Assembly: GCA_002433065.1 (NCBI GenBank)
Contig: DJHK01000015.1
Coordinates: 3,784-67,783 of the forward strand
Origin: Chloroflexi bacterium UBA6622
GTDB taxonomy: Bacteria > Chloroflexota > UBA11872
Direction of reading: 5' to 3'
Length of the DNA stretch: 64,000 nt
Within the stretch, counting starts at the first letter, position 1. Each line of letters opens with the position of its first letter. Under the pieces are notes generated by a model, which was not told the origin of the DNA, searched no databases, and worked only from the letters and a program-made list of their open reading frames with translations. The position numbers and the translations under genes were made by a program. Shown piece after piece: positions 35,052 through 45,217 of the stretch.

Positions 35052-35894
35052 TTAGAGTTCTTCCGCAAATCGATTGGATAAGCGCCGGAAGATTGACCAG
35101 CCCAAACCGAGTAAAACAACCGCACCGACTACAGTGATCCAAGTATGGCGAATTGGCAGAAAGCCCCACATAAAGGCGTATCGGTAGTCGGTAACCAATG
35201 TCGCCATTGGGTTAAGAACAAATACCCAGCGATGTACATCTAGGCCTAGAACTGTGTTGTTCGGAACGATTGACATGGCATAAAAGATCGGAGTCAGGAA
35301 GAACCACGCCAAAAGACCGACTTCTACGATGTGCTCTGTGTCGCGAAAATAAACATTGATCGCAGCAAGAAGCAACCCAAGTCCCAAAACAAACACGAGA
35401 TGTAACAGCATGATGGCCGGCAAAAACAACATAGCGCCAGTTATACCTACCCCAAACGGAATAGCAACCAACCAAAAAACACCGTAAGCCAGAAGGAAGT
35501 TCACAAAGCTCGCAAGGATTGCGCTCAAAGGTAGAAGCTCACGCGGGAAATAGACTTTTTTAATTAACTGTGCATTGGACGTAATACTTCGCATAGCAGA
35601 GGTGAGTGCCTGTTGGGTAAAGAGCCATGGCACTAGCGCAGCTAGCAGGAAAAATGGATATCGCTCAATAGGATCCGTCTTCGCCAGCACCTGAAAAACA
35701 AGCGTAAAGACCGCCATCATCAGCAGTGGATTAAGCAATGACCAGCCGAATCCAAGCACAGAACCTCGATAGCGAACCTTGAGGTCTCGAACCACCAAGT
35801 TTCGTAACAGATCACTGTAACTACTCAGTTCGCGAACGGACCCCAAAAATCTTCGGGCAGCATCGGCACGCCCTTTAACAGCATTAGCAGCCAT
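35052..35894 (-). CDS. wzm: ABC-2 type polysaccharide/teichoic-acid export permease (Wzm/TagG-type)
   Basis: 280 aa and six hydrophobic helices, with an ABC2_membrane-type N-terminus (LVVRDLKVRYRGSVLGFGWSLLNPLL). Its stop directly abuts the ATPase start. Confidence 0.85.
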   Translation of the reverse strand: MAANAVKGRADAARRFLGSVRELSSYSDLLRNLVVRDLKVRYRGSVLGFGWSLLNPLLMMAVFTLVFQVLAKTDPIERYPFFLLAALVPWLFTQQALTSAMRSITSNAQLIKKVYFPRELLPLSAILASFVNFLLAYGVFWLVAIPFGVGITGAMLFLPAIMLLHLVFVLGLGLLLAAINVYFRDTEHIVEVGLLAWFFLTPIFYAMSIVPNNTVLGLDVHRWVFVLNPMATLVTDYRYAFMWGFLPIRHTWITVVGAVVLLGLGWSIFRRLSNRFAEEL

Positions 35895-36026
35895 GTATAG
35901 CCCAAGCTAGGGACCTAGAGATATTAGCGCAGCCAATAGGAAATCCGACGTATTGACCTCGCGTGGTACGCTAATCACACTACGGTCCCGATGAGAGTCG
36001 GGAGCCCCTTGGAGCTCCGTTCGCGC

Positions 36027-36638
36027 ATGGAAATCACGTGGGTCGGAGGCAGTTGCTTTCGAATCCGCGGTCGGGAAGGCTCGATAGTCACCGATCCTCA
36101 CACGTCTAAAGAAACCAAGAAGTCGGCTTTCCCAAAAGCGGACCTAGTTGTGGTGACTGATCATACGATGGCCGAAAATGCCGAAAATTGTGTGCGTCCC
36201 AATCACCGTGAATCTCCACCGTTCGTCGCCTTTGGACCCGGCGAATACGATGTGCGCGGCCTGTATCTTCACGGTGTTTCCAACCAAGACGCTTCTACCG
36301 ATGCCTCCACGATATTCGCGATGGACATCGACAGAATGACCCTAGCCTTCTTCTCACGACCGTCGTTAACCTTTGAAAACGAGCTTCTTGATGAATTAGG
36401 CACAATTCAGATATTAATCGTCAACGCTGACACAGGGATCGAGCAATTGACGCCTCTTATCAGCAGAATAGAACCAAACATCGTGCTTCCCTTTGGCAAC
36501 AGCACCACTCAAACATGGATGGAAGTTGCCCAACAACTAACTGAAGACCATCTGACGTCCGAAGCCTCCCTTAACGTCACTGCATCAACACTCCCTGAAC
36601 CAATAACTACATGCGTTTTGACGGAACGTGCCGCATGA
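36027..36638 (+). CDS. MBL-fold (Lactamase_B_3 / UPF0173-like) protein with a degenerate metal motif
   Basis: MEITWVGGSCFRIRGREGSIVTDP is a typical N-terminus for this fold. The H-x-H-x-D-H position reads VVVTDHTMAEN. Start ATG 36027 is preferred over ORF-track 35991. Confidence 0.5.
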   Translation: MEITWVGGSCFRIRGREGSIVTDPHTSKETKKSAFPKADLVVVTDHTMAENAENCVRPNHRESPPFVAFGPGEYDVRGLYLHGVSNQDASTDASTIFAMDIDRMTLAFFSRPSLTFENELLDELGTIQILIVNADTGIEQLTPLISRIEPNIVLPFGNSTTQTWMEVAQQLTEDHLTSEASLNVTASTLPEPITTCVLTERAA

Positions 36639-36668
36639 CCTCAAATCCATATCAATGAGTGGCACTCA

Positions 36669-39693
<3,025 letters not shown>

Positions 39694-39874
39694 CTTGCAA
39701 TCCTCAGGTCACGAACTACAGCGCATTGACCAGAACATCTACGACACACTGTGAATACCCTCCGCTACCTTATTTTCTTAGCCAAAACCAAAAAGCTATC
39801 GCGCCAGTAACCAACAGAACATAAAGCGTCCGGTACTCTACATCGGAGAAATCGCAACGACCGGAACAAACAAT

Positions 39875-40345
39875 ATGACGCCTGTTTCATTAGGAACTCA
39901 AGCGCCAGATTTTGAACTTAAGTCAACCAATGGCGAAACGTTCATCCTGAGCTCAGAACGCGGAAAATCCAACCTGGTCATTTTTTTTCTTAATGCGACC
40001 ATAGGAGGTACAGATACCCAGGTCGCTGAATCGTTTCGAGACGCTTCGGAGCTGTTTCGTGGGGCACGAACCACAATCGTAGGAATATGCTCTGCACCAC
40101 TCAACGAGCTACAAGCATTAAAAGAAAAGCTATCCCTTCCGTACGAACTCCTGAGCGACAACGAAACTATTGGCCTCATGTACGGAGCGCATATACGACA
40201 AGGATTTGGCCCTTTTTCGCGTCAAAAGTTTTCTCGAAGCACTTTTCTCCTTGATCGAACAGGAGTAATTCGAAGAATCTTCCGGGATGTGGACATGAAA
40301 GATCACATTAATGAAGTACTGGCATCACTAGATACTGACCTGTAA
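39875..40345 (+). CDS. Bcp/AhpC-TSA-fold peroxiredoxin-like protein lacking the peroxidatic Cys
   Basis: GTQAPDFELKSTNGETFILSSERGKSNLVIFF..., LLSDNE and STFLLDRTGVIRR fit the Bcp fold. The canonical T-P-G-C-T motif reads IGGTD. Confidence 0.7.
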   Translation: MTPVSLGTQAPDFELKSTNGETFILSSERGKSNLVIFFLNATIGGTDTQVAESFRDASELFRGARTTIVGICSAPLNELQALKEKLSLPYELLSDNETIGLMYGAHIRQGFGPFSRQKFSRSTFLLDRTGVIRRIFRDVDMKDHINEVLASLDTDL

Positions 40346-40400
40346 ATATCGTTAGACCCACCGGTTTCTCACATATCCCAATAACCTTATATAATCACCC

Positions 40401-40470
40401 GGCCTTTAATCCGACCCGGCGAGGCGGAAAGGCATAGCGCTGAGATAAATTCATCCCCTCTCGGCGGACT
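40401..40470 (+). promoter_or_regulatory. PyrR-binding RNA loop / anti-terminator region of the pyr leader
   Basis: ggcCUUUAAUCCgacccGgcGAGGCggAAAGgc (40401-40433) resembles the PyrR binding-loop consensus (UUUAA..CCAGAGAGGC..AAGG). GCCUUU (40402-07) pairs with AAAGGC (40428-33). It sits directly upstream of a terminator and of pyrR. Confidence 0.65.
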
Positions 40471-40495
40471 AAGGGCCTTCGGGCCTTTTTTTTTT
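40471..40495 (+). terminator. Intrinsic terminator (attenuator) of the pyr leader
   Basis: aaGGGCC-uucg-GGCCuu forms a stem of about 7 bp with a UUCG tetraloop. A run of 10 T follows at 40486-40495. Confidence 0.8.
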
Positions 40496-40520
40496 GCCCT
40501 AGAGATTCGTGGGAGGCTGT

Positions 40521-41078
40521 GTGAAGTCGAACACCGACGGCGAACGGTTGGTGATGTCGGCTGACGATTTACGTCGTGCCCTTACACGTATTGCTCACGA
40601 AATTGTCGAGAGAAACCGTGGCCCTTCAAATCTAGTCTTTGTAGGCGTTCCTCGACCCGGTCCAGTTCTTGCAAAACGACTGGCTCAAGTCGTTGCCGAA
40701 TTCGAGGAAGATCCAATTCCAACTGGATCAATAGACATTTCTCTCCACCGGGATGATCTCAAGCAACGGAGCACTACCCCGGCAATTTACCCTACCGAAA
40801 TTCCAGAGGACGTTACTGGTCGCGACGTAGTACTCGTTGATGACGTCCTCTACACCGGAAGATCGGCACGGGCAGCCCTAGACGCGCTCACAGACTTTGG
40901 CCGACCAAAATCAATCCAACTTGCCGTTGTGGTTGATCGTGGCCACCGCGAGCTACCAATTAGAGCCGATTATGTCGGCAAGAACGTCCCCACAGCATCA
41001 GCAGAGAGCGTTCACGTGCACCTTGTTGAATTGGACGGTGAAGACTGTGTCCGAGTCATCAACGACGGCGAGAAATAG
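40521..41078 (+). CDS. pyrR: Bifunctional pyrimidine operon regulator / uracil phosphoribosyltransferase
   Basis: LRRALTRIAHEIVERN and the PRPP motif VVLVDDVLYTGRSARAAL. GTG 40521 is preceded by GGGAGG (40511-16). Alternative starts are 40509 (GTG) and 40554 (ATG). Confidence 0.9.
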   Translation: MKSNTDGERLVMSADDLRRALTRIAHEIVERNRGPSNLVFVGVPRPGPVLAKRLAQVVAEFEEDPIPTGSIDISLHRDDLKQRSTTPAIYPTEIPEDVTGRDVVLVDDVLYTGRSARAALDALTDFGRPKSIQLAVVVDRGHRELPIRADYVGKNVPTASAESVHVHLVELDGEDCVRVINDGEK

Positions 41079-41085
41079 GACAGCC

Positions 41086-42030
41086 ATGCCGCTGCACCGT
41101 AGACATCTAATCGATATAGCCGATTTTTCTCGGGATGAGTTTGATTCCGTATTGGAAACAGCCGTATCTATGCGACAAGTGCTGGAACGTCCAATCAGTC
41201 GCGTTCCAACCCTACGTGGAAAATCTATAGTTAACGTGTTCTTCGAAGCCAGCACACGGACCCGTGTATCCTTTGAACTCGCCGGAAAATCGCTTAGTGC
41301 GGATGTCGTAAACGTCGCCTCTTCCGGAAGCAGCATTGAAAAAGGCGAATCGCTCATTGACACATTTCATACGATTCAGGCGCTTGGAGCCGATCTTGTC
41401 GTACTGCGGCACCCAAAAGCCGGTGCGCCTGATCTAGCCGCCCGGAACCTTTCGTGTAGTGTCGTAAATGCTGGTGATGGCCTAAGGGGACATCCCAGCC
41501 AAGCACTGCTTGACCTATTCACGGTTCAACAACATACAGGAGACATCGAGGGCTTAAAAATCGTGATTGTGGGCGATGTGCTCCATAGCCGAGTGGCGCG
41601 TTCCGGCATATGGGCATTTGCACGAATGGGTGCTCATGTATACCTAAGTGGTCCGCCTACGCTCCTTCCACCGCACTTCAATAAGCTCGTTAATGGCGAC
41701 GACGGCATAGTCCGAATAGAGCACGACCTCGACCGAGCCATTGACGGTGCTGACGTCGTCATGGCCTTACGGATCCAAAAAGAACGTATGCACTTAGGCA
41801 TGCTGCCTGATCTTCGTGAATATGCCCGCCGGTGGGGAATTACATCAACGCGCCTTTCACGTGCTGATCGACGAGCACTGTTAATGCATCCAGGTCCTAT
41901 GAACCAAGGAATTGAAATATCTCCTGATGTGGCGTACGGAGAACACTCAGTTATAACTGAACAAGTAACAAACGGCGTGGCGGTGCGCATGGCGATTCTC
42001 TACCTATTACTTGCCGGGACTCCCGCATGA
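41086..42030 (+). CDS. pyrB: Aspartate carbamoyltransferase catalytic subunit
   Basis: FFEASTRTRVSFELAG, HPSQALLD and LMHPGPMN. The ORF-track N-terminal extension from 40897 overlaps pyrR. ATG 41086 gives MPLHRRHLIDIADFSRDEF. Confidence 0.93.
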   Translation: MPLHRRHLIDIADFSRDEFDSVLETAVSMRQVLERPISRVPTLRGKSIVNVFFEASTRTRVSFELAGKSLSADVVNVASSGSSIEKGESLIDTFHTIQALGADLVVLRHPKAGAPDLAARNLSCSVVNAGDGLRGHPSQALLDLFTVQQHTGDIEGLKIVIVGDVLHSRVARSGIWAFARMGAHVYLSGPPTLLPPHFNKLVNGDDGIVRIEHDLDRAIDGADVVMALRIQKERMHLGMLPDLREYARRWGITSTRLSRADRRALLMHPGPMNQGIEISPDVAYGEHSVITEQVTNGVAVRMAILYLLLAGTPA

Positions 42031-42647
42031 CCGGATATACGGCTCTCCCTTTACGATTGATCTTGCCGGGCCTATACCAATGGACCGTAGCTTGGCCTCG
42101 TTACCCGTTGGAGTCCTATCTGATCGAAACCGATGATGGCTGTATAGCAATTGATCCCCAAGACGCACATCCAAACATGTTCGAAAACAGTCGCAGTAAT
42201 GTCCGACATGTCATCCTCACGAACCATTACCACGAACGAGCAGCAGCGATATGGAAACATCGATATGGAGCCACTGTATGGGTGCCAAAAGCTGATATGG
42301 ACGACCTTGAAACCATTACTGCCGACGAGGCTTACTCCAAAAGCTCCATATTGCCTGGTGGGATACAGGCGGTTCATCTTGGTGGAATCACCGAGGGTGA
42401 ACATGCATTGCTGTGGCCAGAAAACCGCGGAGTACTTTTTGTAGGCGACGCTCTAGGCACTACAAGCTACTGGACCCACGGCGAAGGTGAACTCGGTGCC
42501 CATCCGAAATTTCGCCCGCCCACTCGGCTCGCAAAATTACTGCAGCTTGATTTCACCAGTCTGGTGGTAGGACATGGTGAACCCATCCTAGATCAAGCAA
42601 AAAACGCTCTGGCTAAGTACCTGGAATTGATGGCCCATGGCGCCTAG
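42027..42647 (+). CDS. MBL-fold protein (degenerate H-x-H-x-D-H) embedded in the pyr operon
   Basis: 206 aa. ESYLIETDDGCIAIDP and VILTNHYHERAA occupy the H-x-H-x-D-H position, followed by LFVGDAL and VVGHGEP. It overlaps pyrB by 4 nt and pyrC by 11 nt. Confidence 0.55.
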   Translation: MTGYTALPLRLILPGLYQWTVAWPRYPLESYLIETDDGCIAIDPQDAHPNMFENSRSNVRHVILTNHYHERAAAIWKHRYGATVWVPKADMDDLETITADEAYSKSSILPGGIQAVHLGGITEGEHALLWPENRGVLFVGDALGTTSYWTHGEGELGAHPKFRPPTRLAKLLQLDFTSLVVGHGEPILDQAKNALAKYLELMAHGA

Positions 42648-43992
42648 ACAACCCCTCGTCATTAGAGGAGGACATCTCATCGACCCTTCTCAAAAACTAG
42701 ACCGTATTGGCGACCTAATGATCGAGGACGGGAAAATTTCAGCAATAGATCCCCCCGCAGGTCAACTTCCACTCGGGGAACCGACCGTTCTGGACGCCTC
42801 TGGACTTGTCGTTACCCCGGGGTTCGTTGACATCCATGCACACCTCAGAGTTCCGGGGTTCGAATATAAAGAAACCCTTGCTTCAGGAACTCGAGCAGCT
42901 GCGGCCGGAGGATTCACCACTGTTTGTGCCATGCCTAACACTAACCCTGTTATCGATTCGCGCAGCGTCCTTGAAGCAGTTCTAGAACAGGCAACAGAAC
43001 AAGCCGTCGTTAATGTCTACGTTCACGGAGCAATAAGCATTGGACAAGAAGGTGTGCAACTCGCTGAACTAGGTGACTTAAGTGACGCTGGTGCAATCGG
43101 GTTTACTGATGACGGCATACCGCTTGCAAACTCCAAGCTCATGCGCCACGCGCTGGAGTACGCAACCCAGCTTGGCCGCCCGGTAAGCAACCACGCTGAA
43201 GATCCGGCCCTTATTGCGGGTGCAGCCATGCACGAAGGAATAATTTCCTCCCGACTAGGTCTTCCCGCTGCACCCCGACAAGCTGAAGAAATCATGCTGT
43301 CCCGAGACTTGTTACTTGCCGAGCTGACAGCAGGCCGCTATCACTGTATCCATGTGAGCTCAGGCGGGTCAGTCGATCTTATAAAACGCGCAAAAGACCG
43401 AGGCGTAAATGTTACTGCCGAGGTAACACCCCACCACCTTACGCTTACCGACGCGTTGATTGCCGGAAGAACCGAGCCAGTAAGTGCCACTTTGCCGCCC
43501 TACGACACAAACACCAAAGTTGCGCCTCCATTACGAGAGCAAGCGGACTGTGAAGCTTTAATCAAAGCGTTAGCAGACGGCACGATTGACTGTATTGCAA
43601 CCGACCACGCTCCTCACGCCTTACACGATAAAGATGTGGAATTCGCAGATGCTGCCGTCGGATTTACAGCACTCGAAACAGCCCTAGCGTCTGTCCTGAG
43701 CTTAGTTCACACGAACCAGCTTAAGCTCGCGACAGCAATTGAACTTCTGACCGTAGGGCCGGCGCAATGCTACGGATTGCCAGCAGGCACACTAAAACTA
43801 GGAAGCCCGGCTGATGTCACAATCTTCGACCCTGACGAAGAATTCATCGTCGACCCAACAAGCTTTCACTCACGTGGAAAGAACACACCGCTTGCCGGAC
43901 TCCCCATGCACGGTGTCGTGCATCACACGTTTGTAAACGGTGCCCATGTCTATGATCGCTCATCTCCTGAATCTGGAACTCTGAGTGCCTGA
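42637..43992 (+). CDS. pyrC: Dihydroorotase
   Basis: GFVDIHAHLRVPG, MPNTNP, ATDHAPH, and the C-terminal amidohydrolase fold. Confidence 0.92.
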   Translation: MAPRQPLVIRGGHLIDPSQKLDRIGDLMIEDGKISAIDPPAGQLPLGEPTVLDASGLVVTPGFVDIHAHLRVPGFEYKETLASGTRAAAAGGFTTVCAMPNTNPVIDSRSVLEAVLEQATEQAVVNVYVHGAISIGQEGVQLAELGDLSDAGAIGFTDDGIPLANSKLMRHALEYATQLGRPVSNHAEDPALIAGAAMHEGIISSRLGLPAAPRQAEEIMLSRDLLLAELTAGRYHCIHVSSGGSVDLIKRAKDRGVNVTAEVTPHHLTLTDALIAGRTEPVSATLPPYDTNTKVAPPLREQADCEALIKALADGTIDCIATDHAPHALHDKDVEFADAAVGFTALETALASVLSLVHTNQLKLATAIELLTVGPAQCYGLPAGTLKLGSPADVTIFDPDEEFIVDPTSFHSRGKNTPLAGLPMHGVVHHTFVNGAHVYDRSSPESGTLSA

Positions 43993-45181
43993 CCGTCCAG
44001 CCATTCTTGCGCTTGAAACCGGTGATGTGTTCTATGGCTTTGCTTTCGGCGCTGATATCACAGGTACAGGAGAAGTCGTGTTTAATACAAGCATGACTGG
44101 CTATCAGGAGATAGCAACCGACGCATCCTATCGAGGCCAACTTGTCGTCATGACCTATCCGCTAATAGATAATTACGGTATTAACGAAGACGACGTTGAA
44201 TCTCGGAGGCCATGGATATCCGGCATGGCGGTTCGAGAACTTGCAGCTACCCGCAACAACTGGCGAATGGCATCGGATCTGAGCACCTATCTTTGCGAGC
44301 ATGAAATTCCTGGAATCGAAGGCATCGATACAAGAGCACTGACACGTATTCTTCGGACCCGAGGACCGCAACGCGGCGTGCTAATTCAAGCACCTGCAAA
44401 TATTGGTAATGACTCTGATCGTTTTTCTTGGATTAAGGGACGGTCTACTGCTGCAGCGGAATGGGCTGAAAGCCAGATCCAAAAGGCTCAGAATCTTCCT
44501 CCATATTCCAAACATGACTATGTGAACGACGTAACCACTCAAAATCCGTATGTAGCTGATGAAAGCCCATGGGAACCATGGCCTAACGCCAAAGTTCGAG
44601 ATAACAAGCCGAGAATCACGCTACTGGACGTAGGTGTGAAAACAAATATTGTCCGTTCACTAACACATCGTGGCTGTCTGGTCACAGTGCTTCCATATGG
44701 ATCCAGCATCGCAGACGTGGAGAGTACAAATCCCGATGGCGTTGTTGTCTGTAACGGACCGGGAGACCCTGAGCAAGCCGGTGAAGCCGTAGAAACGGTC
44801 CGAGGTCTAATAGGTCGTCTACCGATAATGGGTATCTGCCTCGGCCACCAAGTTCTCGGTCTAGCAATCGGCGCGACCACGAGTCGCCTCCCCTTCGGTC
44901 ACCGGGGCGCCAATCAACCTGTAAAAGAACTACTGTCGGGTCGCGCCTACATCACCTCCCAAAACCATGGGTATCAGGTCGACGCCTCATCGATACCTCA
45001 GGAAAGCGGATTCCGGGTAAGCCACATCAATCTTAATGACGGATCGGTTGAAGGCCTGGCCCACGAATCACTCCCGGTGTTTTCGGTCCAATTCCATCCC
45101 GAAGCCAGCCCTGGACCCCAAGATAACCAATACTTATTTGAGAGGTTTTTGGACCTCATCGAAAAGGGCCCCACCGCATGA
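43985..45181 (+). CDS. carA: Carbamoyl-phosphate synthase small (glutaminase) subunit
   Basis: FNTSMTGYQEIATDASYRGQ, GICLGHQ, GHRGANQPV and QFHPEA. The GTG start overlaps the pyrC stop. Confidence 0.93.
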   Translation: MPDRPAILALETGDVFYGFAFGADITGTGEVVFNTSMTGYQEIATDASYRGQLVVMTYPLIDNYGINEDDVESRRPWISGMAVRELAATRNNWRMASDLSTYLCEHEIPGIEGIDTRALTRILRTRGPQRGVLIQAPANIGNDSDRFSWIKGRSTAAAEWAESQIQKAQNLPPYSKHDYVNDVTTQNPYVADESPWEPWPNAKVRDNKPRITLLDVGVKTNIVRSLTHRGCLVTVLPYGSSIADVESTNPDGVVVCNGPGDPEQAGEAVETVRGLIGRLPIMGICLGHQVLGLAIGATTSRLPFGHRGANQPVKELLSGRAYITSQNHGYQVDASSIPQESGFRVSHINLNDGSVEGLAHESLPVFSVQFHPEASPGPQDNQYLFERFLDLIEKGPTA

Positions 45182-45217
45182 ATTCTCCTCAAAGCACTCT
45201 TGGAACCAGCAAATCCG

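Noticed and set aside
35985-36003. 6-bp inverted repeat tcccga-tgagag-tcggga, and CTAGGgaCCTAG (35907-35918), in the glycan-operon / MBL divergent region
   Set aside because: The stems are short and there is no U-tract. They might be operator or 5'-UTR structure, but the evidence is too weak to call. I could not identify a convincing -35/-10 pair either.
39975-39992. T-run (tcattttttttctt) that looks like a terminator tail
   Set aside because: It lies inside the peroxiredoxin-like coding frame (..LVIFFLN..) and has no preceding hairpin.
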